From: a virus
Virus record (IMG/VR): IMGVR_UViG_3300032893_000027
Span: 11,367-75,366 of that record
Reading direction: 5' to 3' (one strand)
DNA length: 64,000 nucleotides
The notes under the pieces were generated by a model. The model saw nothing but the letters and a program-made list of their open reading frames with translations, did no database searches and was not told where the DNA came from. Below, one piece after another: positions 10,360 through 20,426 of this stretch (positions are counted from its first letter, which is position 1; each line of letters opens with the position of its first letter). A program made the translations under genes and the position numbers.

Positions 10360-11282
10360 TAGCCAGCCCGTATCATCATCAAGCCGCCGATATAGGATGG
10401 CTGGAGGTTGGTAATTGCTGTATTGGCGCTTCCGGGATTGACGGTGATGCCGGTGACGGCCGAGTTGGTGGTAACCCCCGTATTGGTGATCGTGAAAAAT
10501 GCGGACGCCGCAACGGAAGCCTCACCATTAACTGTACCGTTATTACTAATGGTGTGAGTATGGCCGGGATCGGTGATTGGGATGCTTGCAGGCAAGTTGC
10601 TTGATCCGAGAGTGTTGGACTGAGCGCCGCCAATACCGCCGACATTAGGAGTGTTAAAGCCAGTCGCCGCCGTAGAAATCAATCCAGCACCCTGATCGAG
10701 GGCGGCGCGGACCCTACCTTTTGAATTCGGAAGCGTCGTGCCACCCAAGACATTGACAAGCTGTGGATAAGTAGCAGACGAAAAGGTGGTGCCGTCACAA
10801 TTTAAGTAAGGAGGCACAGTGCAGCCCGAAATCCAATTAGGGACAGATGACCCCGCGTAATCCCAATACGACCCAATGCGGTCCAGTCCCGTGTATCTGA
10901 TGTTGGTGCCGTCATTGGTTACAAATATCGTTTCATTGGGAACAGCACAGACGACTTGTCCACCAGCTACAGTCGTGGCCAGCGTAATGGTAAAGGCGCT
11001 ACTGCCTGTGCAGGTATGATAGATCTCGTAGTTCTTCTTGAAAGAAGTTGGGAAGGTGATAGTCACACTTCCCGTCAACGTCGAGTTAAAGATGATCTGC
11101 CTGCTCTGGAACTGGCCTGCATTCAGGATGACGTTGGAGTTATTTAATCCGATAGTAGTGATGTTGCCGACAACAAGATCAATCAACGTCGTGTTGTTGT
11201 TGACGGGGGTATCCCACGTTCCGGTATCGTCACCACGGGCCGGTTCTTCAAGCTGGATGTTTGGCGTAAAGGTAGAGACCAT
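10359..11282 (-). CDS. Tail fibre protein with tail-collar domain
   Basis: PPYLNCDGTTFSSATYPQL..TLPNSKGRV collar motif, DPGHTH and TNLQP; N-terminal anchor GTWDTPVNNN. Confidence 0.75.
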   Translation of the reverse strand: MVSTFTPNIQLEEPARGDDTGTWDTPVNNNTTLIDLVVGNITTIGLNNSNVILNAGQFQSRQIIFNSTLTGSVTITFPTSFKKNYEIYHTCTGSSAFTITLATTVAGGQVVCAVPNETIFVTNDGTNIRYTGLDRIGSYWDYAGSSVPNWISGCTVPPYLNCDGTTFSSATYPQLVNVLGGTTLPNSKGRVRAALDQGAGLISTAATGFNTPNVGGIGGAQSNTLGSSNLPASIPITDPGHTHTISNNGTVNGEASVAASAFFTITNTGVTTNSAVTGITVNPGSANTAITNLQPSYIGGLMMIRAG

Positions 11283-11289
11283 CTTTCAC

Positions 11290-11517
11290 CTACTGCGGAT
11301 AGATTGGAGTCTTGCCGGTGAACCCGGAACTGGTCGTCACAAGCATGAAGTAAGATGCGGTAGACGATTGAAAGACAATCGTTCCGTTGGTAGCAGGCGC
11401 AGATGTTGATGTAGATGTAATCTGCGGAAAGATGGTCCCGATTTTGGTCGTGAGGTTATTGATGGCCGCCACGCCATCCCTAAGAGAGGACCAGATGCTG
11501 TCAAAGCCGATTGCCAT
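11290..11517 (-). CDS. Small virion protein (Ser/Thr-rich)
   Basis: Coupled to the upstream nozzle gene. Confidence 0.55.
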   Translation of the reverse strand: MAIGFDSIWSSLRDGVAAINNLTTKIGTIFPQITSTSTSAPATNGTIVFQSSTASYFMLVTTSSGFTGKTPIYPQ

Positions 11518-13595
11518 TAGCGTCTCCCCGACGCGGCAAAGCGGAATCGTATCCGGCCAAGCCGCCAGAATTCACTATTCGCATTGCTCTGCACAAGAAC
11601 GGACATGAGACGATTTCTTATCCGAACATTAATGTATTCAGTGGCTTGAGTGACGGTATAGGGTCCGTAGACCGTAGGCGTATCCCCCGGATAATTTACC
11701 CCATAGAAGGTAATATTAATAGATGCATTCTGGGAACCCGACTTGAGGCCCCAGATGAAGTCAGGGATCACGAGGTCAATAAAGGGGATATCCTCACCCT
11801 CGGTAATGGCCCAATAGCCGCTCTGAAAGGTGGGGAGGCCCGTCCCGGTAATGGAGGTACCCTCCTCATGCTGGTAGATTTGCCCAGTGGAATCGGCCCC
11901 AATGGGGTTGCCGACGATGGACACGTCTGTCCAAGCTGTCCGGTTTAATGTTCCATAATCCCATTCATATTCATTGCCAATGATGCGAACCTTGGCGTAG
12001 CTGTCGTTTTCCCCAGTCGACATGGCGGAGGGGTAGAACCATGCAATTTCATTGAAAATTGAGTTAACGGCCACCCTGATTTTGGCGACATAGGCGGGAT
12101 TGGTGGAGATGTTTTGGAAGACTTGATCCCAGATCGGGCACGGCATTGGCGCAACACCGTTAGCCCCAAGGGTAAAGAAGTTATTATTGGCCATCCAAAA
12201 GGGGTTTCCCCCTAAAATTCCGCAAGCGTGAGAGCTAATCCAACCACAACCAGAACCAATGCGAGTAAAGTTAAAAATAACAGTACCGCCAACATAGTTC
12301 ATATTCCAGACGTCGATGTCGGTTGAGATCAGGGCAAACGAGGGGCATTGTATTCCACCTACGATGTAGGACCCTGTGGGGATATGGAATGAACCAGCCG
12401 TGGTCTGGTTGGAGACCGTCCAATTGGTGTAGTCGCCCTGATTCGACCAGCGGACGATCAGAGGGTCCTGAACCCCGGATGCCTGACAGGACCGCCACAG
12501 CACCAGAATCTGTTGCGGCATTGCTACAAAAAGACCACCATTAAAGAATGGAGCTTGATTCACTACTTGAGCATTGGTGAATCCAAAATCAGGAGCCCAT
12601 GCATAGACAGGCCCATCTTTAGGACATCCGAGAATGATTTCGCCCCAATTGTCTTGGGTCCAGTCCGTAGTGGTAATGGGGGTTCCCCCAACGACCGAAA
12701 TACCGCCCGTGGTGCCCCCGAAGCCTGTCGTAGTGCCACCACTCCCGCCAAAGGCCCCACCACCAAAACCCAAGCCGGAAGCGGGAGCACCCTGCGTCAC
12801 GTAATACACAAGCTGGGCGAGGCTCGAATTCATGGTCGCGGTAGCCGTGGTGCTGGCTTGAACCGATAAATTGATCGTAAAATTGGTTGAGTCGATTATA
12901 GAGGCAACCTGATACTTGCCTTGAATGATCGACGGGATACTAGTTCCGACTGTGGTTGGTGCGATAAACTGTTCAAAAAGGCCCGGTATCACCGAGTAGC
13001 CATTGAATGGCATAGTGACGGTCACAGTTTGAGATCCTGACGAGATCGCAAACTTGGGCAGAATGCCGCTGGATGCTACCGAGAAAGATGAATTGACTGC
13101 CGCCGTAATCGTGTAAGAACCGGTTGAGAGTACGGTCGTAATGGGGTAGGCACCATTCAGCAGGATGCTGCCGACCGAGACCGGGGTATTAAAGAAGACT
13201 GTATTGTTCTTGGAGGCATTGGCGTTGGCATCAACGACGGTCACGACGTTGCTGCTGGCCGTCACCGAGAAATTTGGCGTTGGATTCGTCGTCGTGGTCT
13301 GCGGCGTAATGACCTGATTGGTGATAGTGCTGTTACTACTATTAACGGTCAGGGCATTCCAACTTTGGGTGGCTGCGGCCCCTAGATGTTGGACACCATT
13401 AATATCTTGCCACGGATGTAGATCGCGGATGGTCGAGTTAATAGTAAATCCGGCCCAGTTAGCCCACCCACCATAGGTCTCGATCAGCCCATCCCGATAG
13501 CGGATAAGCTGTGACGCCGAGACCCCCGCCTCGTTGAGAGACAGGGTTTTAACGGTATCAACACCCGGACGTAATGTAACAGCAGCCCAAGGCAT
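11517..13595 (-). CDS. Tail nozzle / DNA stabilisation protein (P22 gp10-like beta-propeller)
   Basis: 692 aa; QDPLIVRWSNQ..WT, NEIAWFYPS, WDYGTLNRTAW, C-terminal WRLGRIRF..GRR. Confidence 0.75.
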   Translation of the reverse strand: MPWAAVTLRPGVDTVKTLSLNEAGVSASQLIRYRDGLIETYGGWANWAGFTINSTIRDLHPWQDINGVQHLGAAATQSWNALTVNSSNSTITNQVITPQTTTTNPTPNFSVTASSNVVTVVDANANASKNNTVFFNTPVSVGSILLNGAYPITTVLSTGSYTITAAVNSSFSVASSGILPKFAISSGSQTVTVTMPFNGYSVIPGLFEQFIAPTTVGTSIPSIIQGKYQVASIIDSTNFTINLSVQASTTATATMNSSLAQLVYYVTQGAPASGLGFGGGAFGGSGGTTTGFGGTTGGISVVGGTPITTTDWTQDNWGEIILGCPKDGPVYAWAPDFGFTNAQVVNQAPFFNGGLFVAMPQQILVLWRSCQASGVQDPLIVRWSNQGDYTNWTVSNQTTAGSFHIPTGSYIVGGIQCPSFALISTDIDVWNMNYVGGTVIFNFTRIGSGCGWISSHACGILGGNPFWMANNNFFTLGANGVAPMPCPIWDQVFQNISTNPAYVAKIRVAVNSIFNEIAWFYPSAMSTGENDSYAKVRIIGNEYEWDYGTLNRTAWTDVSIVGNPIGADSTGQIYQHEEGTSITGTGLPTFQSGYWAITEGEDIPFIDLVIPDFIWGLKSGSQNASINITFYGVNYPGDTPTVYGPYTVTQATEYINVRIRNRLMSVLVQSNANSEFWRLGRIRFRFAASGRR

Positions 13596-13596
13596 C

Positions 13597-14310
13597 TTAC
13601 ATCCTCGGCGGCGAAGCTATGGGATTGGGCGTCATAGGCGTCCAACCCTGACTCTGGTACCGCTTGCGAAGCTCCTCAGCGTTGGCAGAAGCAAACAGAA
13701 GTTTGTATTGCGATTCCCAAGACCCCGGCATCTGTGGGTCATCTGCCTGAGCGCCATAGTTCCGCATATAACCAGCCGCGAACACCATTGATGCCGCGAT
13801 AAATAAATCGGGCAGGTTCTGCGTCAGGAAGGTTGATGAATTGCTTGTAGATAGAGGAGTTGGTCGTATTGTTCCAACAACTTCAACAGTATAGGATTGA
13901 TCTGGTGCAGGCCCCACAATGTAAGTGGTATTATTAAGAGGAGCACAATACAAAGGGACGCCAGTTGCTGTGGATGTAGGCCACGCAAAGTCAAGGAATT
14001 CCTTAGTAGTAGGCGTAAGTGGATTACGAGTCGCGTTAGAAGATCCAGCGCCATCCGGGGTCCAGACGTTGATTTGTTCAACAACAACAAATGACCCTTG
14101 ATCTGTCGGCAAAGTAAAGCTCCTGATCGCCGATGATAGACTCACAGTCGAATCAGAGATACGGGTCGCTTGCAGATCCAACTCACGATAAATCCGTTGT
14201 TCGGCATAGTCGATCATGCCCGGAAGCATCGTGTTGAAATTGGTATCTGCTGTCGATGTGACCATCAGATTGGTGATTTGACTGACGTAGCTGCCGTAAT
14301 TAAGACTCAC
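13597..14310 (-). CDS. Head-tail adaptor / tail tubular protein A-like
   Basis: IDYAEQRIYREL, GPAPDQSYTVE, PDLFIAASM motifs. Confidence 0.7.
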   Translation of the reverse strand: MSLNYGSYVSQITNLMVTSTADTNFNTMLPGMIDYAEQRIYRELDLQATRISDSTVSLSSAIRSFTLPTDQGSFVVVEQINVWTPDGAGSSNATRNPLTPTTKEFLDFAWPTSTATGVPLYCAPLNNTTYIVGPAPDQSYTVEVVGTIRPTPLSTSNSSTFLTQNLPDLFIAASMVFAAGYMRNYGAQADDPQMPGSWESQYKLLFASANAEELRKRYQSQGWTPMTPNPIASPPRM

Positions 14311-15112
14311 CTTGGCCTCCGATTTCGCCTACAGAGAATTGGACCTGAGCGACTGCGACATAATGGGAGCCATCGCCTAAGAAGGCAACCCTATGGAATT
14401 GAGCCAGCGAGTTCGTCATTGTGGAAGTAATGGTGACGCCAATTGACTCGCCTGCTGTGCCAGCCGTAGTGCCGCTCGCTATCGTCGTCCACGCCCCGTA
14501 GGCTGGGGTATCAACTGGGGAATATTGAATCACGTAGGTGGTTGCTGAGGGCAGGAAGCTTCTATCTATCGGCGCATAAATGCTGACCGAGCTTAATGTA
14601 TGGGTAATAACCGGAGGCTTTAGGCTGGAAGGCATAGACAGGTTGGAGACGTTGCCCTGCCAGTTAATACCGACGTAGCTGCCGTAGCTGGAGTTAATGG
14701 TCGAAGTTAGGTCGGTGGCACTTTGCCACGATTGCTTGTTGATAACACCGTCGAAGGGGGCGTTAATTCCAGCGGCTCCGACCATGCTGCCAATGCGGTT
14801 GCCGTACTGTGGCTGAAAAAAGTTTGCAGAAACTCCCTGAGCCGACAAGGGGGCGTCGTCAAGGACGTACTTTTCCGAGCGTGGGTTGAGGACGGGAATT
14901 GGATCAGGCGGAATGACAAAGGTTTTAATGTTCGGTTGGGGTTTATCCAAGCACGGCGGACAGACAAAGATTCTCAGATTCTGAAGCCGAGGTCCAGTCC
15001 ATTCGTACTGCCACTTCAACATGTTCAATTGCCAAATCTGGCCGCAGCGGTCACAGACCGCCTTGGCCCTCGGATTGGCAGGATCGACTTGATAGTGGCT
15101 ACGAGGTCGCAT
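14300..15112 (-). CDS. Virion-associated protein with N-terminal Zn-ribbon and beta-sandwich C-terminus
   Basis: CDRCG..VCPPCLDKPQP..DPIPVLNPR; C-terminal YVIQYS..WTTIASG. Confidence 0.6.
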   Translation of the reverse strand: MRPRSHYQVDPANPRAKAVCDRCGQIWQLNMLKWQYEWTGPRLQNLRIFVCPPCLDKPQPNIKTFVIPPDPIPVLNPRSEKYVLDDAPLSAQGVSANFFQPQYGNRIGSMVGAAGINAPFDGVINKQSWQSATDLTSTINSSYGSYVGINWQGNVSNLSMPSSLKPPVITHTLSSVSIYAPIDRSFLPSATTYVIQYSPVDTPAYGAWTTIASGTTAGTAGESIGVTITSTMTNSLAQFHRVAFLGDGSHYVAVAQVQFSVGEIGGQGES

Positions 15113-15825
15113 TAGTCAAAGTAACTCAGCAGGCCCGGCGCAATATACATCGGGACGTTTTCCACGTTCTGACGAGCCGCTATTTGCCACGCTTCTTCGG
15201 CGTCCATCTTCCGCTTATCTTCAAGATCAGGTGCATAAACACGAGCCAAGCGGTGGGCAAGACCAGCGGCCATAGCATCGAGCCAGAGATAGGGTACCTC
15301 CATGTTCGTGCCATTCGCCGCCAGAGCATCCTGTACTTGGCGAACCCGATAGTAATACAGCGTATAAGGGCCATTGCCGTCAGGGACCGGATAGAGGGTG
15401 ATCGTGGGTGAGATTTGCCGATTGAACCAGTACTGAGTCGGTTGGGCTTGCACCAGCTTATTGGGCAGCGCAGCATACTCAGTCTGGCTAATTGGGAAGA
15501 TCAGACGGTCCGTCTGCGTCGTATTGACGCCGGGGGTCGTCCGGATGAAGGCATTGGTAATCATGACGGTTTCAGCCGGAACCGAATAGGTGGCCGTACC
15601 TTGGGTCAAAGGAACCGCTTGAAGATCAACATCCCAAAGATTAGGCTGGAGGTTTGAGAATTTGACCTGCAACAGGTTCAACTCAATGATCGCCTGCTGA
15701 AGGTGGGACTGAAGGATCTCAGTAGGGCGTACCCGGATGCGTTGAAAGGCCGTGATGATGAGATCACCAGCCGAAGGCGCAAAGTTATAGGTTCCGGAAT
15801 AGTTCTGGCTGGTGGTGAAGACCAT
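15112..15825 (-). CDS. Head-tail adaptor/connector protein
   Basis: ISQTEYAALPNK..QPTQYWFNRQ..LYPVPD; lies between the head and tail genes. Confidence 0.7.
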   Translation of the reverse strand: MVFTTSQNYSGTYNFAPSAGDLIITAFQRIRVRPTEILQSHLQQAIIELNLLQVKFSNLQPNLWDVDLQAVPLTQGTATYSVPAETVMITNAFIRTTPGVNTTQTDRLIFPISQTEYAALPNKLVQAQPTQYWFNRQISPTITLYPVPDGNGPYTLYYYRVRQVQDALAANGTNMEVPYLWLDAMAAGLAHRLARVYAPDLEDKRKMDAEEAWQIAARQNVENVPMYIAPGLLSYFD

Positions 15826-16139
15826 TAGTTTGACTTTCTCTGAATGATCCTAAGATATCCTATAGCAACCTGTACAGAACTAGGGGCCGTCGTTAACCAC
15901 GTAGCAAGCCCAAGAGACGCTGAAGTAGAAGACCAAGTTCCGGTATAAAAGCTCCCATTAAGCGCCAGACTAACGGTGTCCACCTGCGTAGCATTAGAGG
16001 TATTAGTATAAGTTACCGTCATCCCCGGAGACGATGGCACGGCCAATTGTCCATTGACGTCGAAGAACTCTATCACAAAATTGGCTGAGTTCCCCTGTTC
16101 AATGTTGAACGGTCCACTTTGCGCCGTTAGAACGGTCAT
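15825..16139 (-). CDS. Small Ig-like/BppU-N-like virion protein
   Basis: IEQGNSANFVIEFFD beta-rich pattern. Confidence 0.5.
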   Translation of the reverse strand: MTVLTAQSGPFNIEQGNSANFVIEFFDVNGQLAVPSSPGMTVTYTNTSNATQVDTVSLALNGSFYTGTWSSTSASLGLATWLTTAPSSVQVAIGYLRIIQRKSN

Positions 16140-16789
16140 TATACTTCCCTCACCGAAGTTGGGCTAAATCCACCCACTTCCGTAATAGAAACCCTAGCGG
16201 TTACAGCCGGTTGAGACTGTATCACATTTATAGCAAATATGGCGGAATCTGAATCTATCTCCTTTGTGATAAAGAAACCACGAATGAAGTCTTGGGCAGA
16301 TTTGAAGAAATCGGGGTGTGTATAGGGCGGAAGCCCCCTCTTAAACCGAACTGGTTCCGAAAGCGGGCTATACCATCCCTGCAAGAAGATATTTGCGCTG
16401 GGGATGAACTTGGTATCTTGGGTCGCAAATGGGTGATATTGGGCACGGAGTCCCGGTTTGATTCGGACTGGTTCAGATAACCAGTTATAATATGCGAAGG
16501 AGACAACCGGCTTAATAGACCCATAAGCAAGGACGGGCTGCTGGGTGACAGATAATCCCGGCTTAGCCAGAACGCTCGGGATTGACCAAGCCTGATGCCA
16601 TTTGTCTTCAAGGACAATGGGCTTAAGAAAGTCTGTCGTGACATTGGAAGGCTGAAGATAGACAGCCAGCCCTTGTTTAAAGCGGACTGGTTCCGACCAA
16701 GGAAAGTGCCATTTATCTTCAGAGATTACCTCGCCGCCAACGAAGACCGGCTGGGTAATGACTTGATATTGAATGTATGAATAGGGCAC
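16139..16789 (-). CDS. Trp-rich repeat protein (EDKWH..WSEPVR units)
   Basis: About 4 repeats; shares its C-terminal motif with 20426..22963. Confidence 0.7.
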   Translation of the reverse strand: MPYSYIQYQVITQPVFVGGEVISEDKWHFPWSEPVRFKQGLAVYLQPSNVTTDFLKPIVLEDKWHQAWSIPSVLAKPGLSVTQQPVLAYGSIKPVVSFAYYNWLSEPVRIKPGLRAQYHPFATQDTKFIPSANIFLQGWYSPLSEPVRFKRGLPPYTHPDFFKSAQDFIRGFFITKEIDSDSAIFAINVIQSQPAVTARVSITEVGGFSPTSVREV

Positions 16790-16790
16790 A

Positions 16791-17771
16791 TTAATACCCT
16801 ATCACAACAACTTTAGAAGGCTGATTTTCCCAGAAAGGAGTTCCAGAGAAGAAAAGGGGGATATAGGTCGCGATAACAATGCCTTGCCTGCCAGAGCCAG
16901 CGCTTTGACCCGTTGGGGCGCCCCCACCGCCGCCACCATAGAGGCCGCCGGATGCGCCGTTAGAAGTGCCAATTACCCCGCCGCCACCGCCACCACCCGC
17001 ACCAGCCTTGGGGCCTGCCGTGGAAGTCCACTCCTGTCCGGGATTGCCAGCACCAGCCGAGCCGCCGCCAGCGCCGCCCGTTCCGGCATCACCGCTGCCA
17101 CCCGAGCCGCCTGTCAGCGGACAAGCCACGCCTCCTGTGCCGGGGTTGCCGTTGCCATTCTTACCGGCCGCACCACCCCCGCCGCCGCCGCAGCCGTTGG
17201 ACGCGGCACTGGAACCCGAGCCGCCGTTATGGGTTGTGGTACCAATCAGACCCGATGAACCAGTACCAGCCGCAACCGTGCCAGAAGTCGCAAACCATGT
17301 CGTGCCGCCAGCCGCAGCGATCTGGTAGGAGAACGTCACACCGAGAACAATGTTGTTCTTGAGTGCGTAACCACCGCCCGAGCCACCCGCTCCGCCCGAT
17401 ACACAAGTCCCGACCGCGCCGTTTCCGCCGCCACCGATGACTTCAACGGTGTTGTTGTTGTTGTCCCAGCCCGGAAGCGCGGTCGCCGTAGTACCTGACG
17501 TACCGCTTGTGAAGAAAACGACTGTAGAACACGGAATAAGATCCCTTAAATGCCAATGACCATCATCCTTGGTTCGAACTTCCACATAGCTTTGCAGCAT
17601 GTGATGCCCGAATGAAACCGATGACTTAACATGCCATAAAGAGAGAACAACGGCGCCAACTGCCACCGTCGAGATAAGTGTTCTCTTAAGACGCTTGCGC
17701 TTTCCAAGCCGGAAAGGATCGGATTGTTTTTTAACCCTGATTCCGTATCTCTTAAAGAACCAGTCAGACAT
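16791..17771 (-). CDS. Glycine-rich (polyglycine-type) fibre/appendage protein
   Basis: VEVIGGGGNG..GGSGGGY..YGGGGGG..GRQGIVIATY. Confidence 0.7.
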   Translation of the reverse strand: MSDWFFKRYGIRVKKQSDPFRLGKRKRLKRTLISTVAVGAVVLSLWHVKSSVSFGHHMLQSYVEVRTKDDGHWHLRDLIPCSTVVFFTSGTSGTTATALPGWDNNNNTVEVIGGGGNGAVGTCVSGGAGGSGGGYALKNNIVLGVTFSYQIAAAGGTTWFATSGTVAAGTGSSGLIGTTTHNGGSGSSAASNGCGGGGGGAAGKNGNGNPGTGGVACPLTGGSGGSGDAGTGGAGGGSAGAGNPGQEWTSTAGPKAGAGGGGGGGVIGTSNGASGGLYGGGGGGAPTGQSAGSGRQGIVIATYIPLFFSGTPFWENQPSKVVVIGY

Positions 17772-17775
17772 GTGA

Positions 17776-18057
17776 CTACTTCTCTAAGATATTAAATATA
17801 GTCGCTCCATCAGTGATAGACTCAAATCCATGAGGCTCTCCGGGAATCCATTTAATGATCGTTCCTCCGGGGATGGCTTCTATAATAGTGCCTTCATATT
17901 TTCCCAAAAGTTTAATCTTTCCATGCATCAGGACCGTAATGTGATTATCATGTTCTGTGTGGGTATGAATTGGAAATACATCACCAACCTTTTCAAAGGT
18001 GTAGACGGCCCCCCACATAGAATCATTTACCATAATTGATCTTACATTTACGGTCAT
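17776..18057 (-). CDS. Cupin-domain protein
   Basis: PIHTH..HITVLMHG..PGEPHGF. Confidence 0.75.
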   Translation of the reverse strand: MTVNVRSIMVNDSMWGAVYTFEKVGDVFPIHTHTEHDNHITVLMHGKIKLLGKYEGTIIEAIPGGTIIKWIPGEPHGFESITDGATIFNILEK

Positions 18058-18332
18058 AGCATAACCGGCCCTGCGGAAGATGCGCTAGTCGTTGCCGGTG
18101 ATATACCGATGCCTGTAGATCGCGGCACAATCGGCAAGATAATATCATCCGCCGCTCCGTCATAAGGCATATTTAAATTAACAAAAATAGCCTGAGAGGA
18201 TGGGATTTGAAGCAGCTTATATCCCGCCGGAATAGGGCAGGATAAGCTGTCAACCATTATTAAGTTTTCAACAAATCCGGAACTGATTGCGGTTGCTGAA
18301 TTGAGTTTGATAAGAGCCGCCGCGAAGGCCAT
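18054..18332 (-). CDS. Hypothetical protein
   Basis: Coupled ORF within the operon. Confidence 0.5.
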   Translation of the reverse strand: MAFAAALIKLNSATAISSGFVENLIMVDSLSCPIPAGYKLLQIPSSQAIFVNLNMPYDGAADDIILPIVPRSTGIGISPATTSASSAGPVML

Positions 18333-18334
18333 AT

Positions 18335-18604
18335 CTAGATCCCATAAGAACGCAGCGCCCTATCTCGTGCCTCCCAGCGTTCCAACTTCTTCTCGAATGG
18401 AACACATGGCCCATTGCAGCAAGGACCGCAAATATCCTTATCGCAGAGAGTGCAATGCCCCCCGAGATCTTCCGGAGAGCATTTGGGGAAAATGTGAACT
18501 ACGCTATTGCAATGACTGCAAGTGAAGGTACGGACCTCAAGGCGAGTTCCGTACTCATCAAAGGAATAGGCGTATCCACCATCTCGGAGATACTTGCCAA
18601 ACAC
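18335..18604 (-). CDS. Cys-rich zinc-finger protein
   Basis: CSHC..CTLC..CGPCC..C. Confidence 0.65.
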   Translation of the reverse strand: MFGKYLRDGGYAYSFDEYGTRLEVRTFTCSHCNSVVHIFPKCSPEDLGGHCTLCDKDICGPCCNGPCVPFEKKLERWEARDRALRSYGI

Positions 18605-18606
18605 GA

Positions 18607-19149
18607 TTACTGCTCTTGGAAAAGAACCGTCATCGTGGCGGTACCGGTATAAGAACCAGACCGGACCTGACAGAGCAATGCGCCACCGGCCGAAGCCGAA
18701 GAAACTGCCGGATAGACAATCTCAGAGCCCGGTGCCGCCACCCAGCGATACGAAGCACGCTGGTTGACACCAACATACCAAGGCTGCTGTTGCTGAGTCG
18801 CAAACAGTGCCGAGGAGGTTGCCGAGGCGTTGACTGTGACAAAGGCTGAGAAGCCTGCGTCAGCGCCGTCTAAAGCAAACAAGCTAGAGCCAGAAGAGAT
18901 TGAACCAACCCAAGCAGGGGAGGAGTTGGCGGTTGCACGTTGCACAGCCCACTCAACGAAGTTGTCCGCTGGAGTACCGTTGGTGCCGACCAGAAGGTCG
19001 TAAACCTTGCCGCGCCGAAGACCAGTATAGGTCGGGGCGTTGACAAAGGAACCAGTGCTCGCCGCGATAACGACAAGCGGAGTATAAGTCGTCGCCACCG
19101 CATTTTGAGTCGCGATGTTAGTGGAATTTACAACACCGTAGTTTGCCAC
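18607..19149 (-). CDS. Virion structural protein (Ser/Thr-rich beta protein)
   Basis: NQRASYRWVAAPGSEIV; beta-strand-rich composition. Confidence 0.55.
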   Translation of the reverse strand: MANYGVVNSTNIATQNAVATTYTPLVVIAASTGSFVNAPTYTGLRRGKVYDLLVGTNGTPADNFVEWAVQRATANSSPAWVGSISSGSSLFALDGADAGFSAFVTVNASATSSALFATQQQQPWYVGVNQRASYRWVAAPGSEIVYPAVSSASAGGALLCQVRSGSYTGTATMTVLFQEQ

Positions 19150-19161
19150 CTGTTAGCCCCC

Positions 19162-20040
19162 TTAAGGAATGCTATTGTTTTGGACCCCGCCAAAGATTGC
19201 CTCAAAGTAGTCGAGGTCCTCTAGCGCCCCTTCGAGATAGGTCTTCTGAGTCTGAGCACTATTCAACTGATGCGTCAGGTCATTAACCCTCTGTTTGAGT
19301 TCGACCTTGCGAGATAGGATCTTACGCCCGAATTGCGTAACTTCCGAAAACCCGTAAAGCCCCGGTGGCTGCATAATATCCGACTCATAGGGAGCCATCA
19401 TCTTTATGCCCCTGCGCTTAGCCTCCATGAAGAAGAAATAAGCGCCCGGTCGTTGGAGAATATACTCGTCTCGGGAAGCCATGTCTATCCCGAAAAGAGC
19501 GATCTCCTTCGCCCCCTTCATCATAGCAAATGCCATCATCCAAGCAAAGGATGAAGTGAAGAAGTAGGGACCGAATTCTGCCACCAATTCCTTATAAGGT
19601 AAAGGGGTGGCATTAGGAACAAGTGACTGATCCTGCATGTAAATCGGGAAGGTTTGTTGCCTCAGCCACTGGATATAGGGCTCCCCATAATGCCGGTTCT
19701 CGGGCCATAGCAGGTTGCCATGGATCTCAAACCATGCATCAGCCCGAGGAATTACCCCCATATTACCGGGGGAGCAGGACCAGATGGTCCAGCTAGGGTC
19801 ATTGTAGGGGGCCAACATACGAGAGGATGGGGCCGTCCCGATACAGGCCACCTTGAGATAGGGGGCCGGTTCGGCTGGGGACTCTGGCTTAATTTCCTCG
19901 GCCACCTTCTGCTGGATATAGTCCGGCTTCCAGCCCCCCTCACCGAGGGGTTCATGTTCTGCGACAACATGGAGTGGGGCGTCGATAGCGATCTTTCCTT
20001 CTTTGGCGGTGTCATTAAAAGTCTTGGTAAGCTTAGGCAT
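19162..20040 (-). CDS. Putative nonulosonic-acid glycosyltransferase (Maf / GT29 / GT42 sialyltransferase-like fold) with C-terminal coiled coil
   Basis: N-terminal KVACIGTAPS (cf. ..IIG.GPS) and FTSSFAWMMAFAMMKGAKEIALFGIDM (cf. TS...A...A...G...I.L.G.D of CstII/Maf). Confidence 0.6.
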   Translation of the reverse strand: MPKLTKTFNDTAKEGKIAIDAPLHVVAEHEPLGEGGWKPDYIQQKVAEEIKPESPAEPAPYLKVACIGTAPSSRMLAPYNDPSWTIWSCSPGNMGVIPRADAWFEIHGNLLWPENRHYGEPYIQWLRQQTFPIYMQDQSLVPNATPLPYKELVAEFGPYFFTSSFAWMMAFAMMKGAKEIALFGIDMASRDEYILQRPGAYFFFMEAKRRGIKMMAPYESDIMQPPGLYGFSEVTQFGRKILSRKVELKQRVNDLTHQLNSAQTQKTYLEGALEDLDYFEAIFGGVQNNSIP

Positions 20041-20426
20041 TACGATCCTGTTATTTGGGCGGTCAGCAATTGTACGGCCTGACCCGTTTGAATCAGGGTA
20101 TTGTTGAGACCGTTTGAAATGGTGATATCTGCCCCTGACAACGGAATGCCGACAGTCAAGCCAGATACGACAATATTGCCACTAAAGTCCTCTATGACTG
20201 CGGTGGTTACGGTGCCAGTCCCGGCGGCTGCCGAGTCTGTCAATGGAGTATTAAAGGTTAATACACCTCCAGATGCTGATCCAGAGGGGGTCTGTAAAGT
20301 AATTGTGGATACTGGGGTACCACCGGCCAAAAGAATAAGTTTTCCGGCGCCGCCACCTCCGTCAATGGTGGAAACGACCCCTTGGAGGCGGGCATTTATA
20401 CAAGTTGTAGAATATACGGGGGGCAT
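20040..20426 (-). CDS. Virion structural protein
   Basis: LQTPSGSASGGVLTF..DSAAAGTGT pattern of phage fibre-associated proteins. Confidence 0.55.
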   Translation of the reverse strand: MPPVYSTTCINARLQGVVSTIDGGGGAGKLILLAGGTPVSTITLQTPSGSASGGVLTFNTPLTDSAAAGTGTVTTAVIEDFSGNIVVSGLTVGIPLSGADITISNGLNNTLIQTGQAVQLLTAQITGS

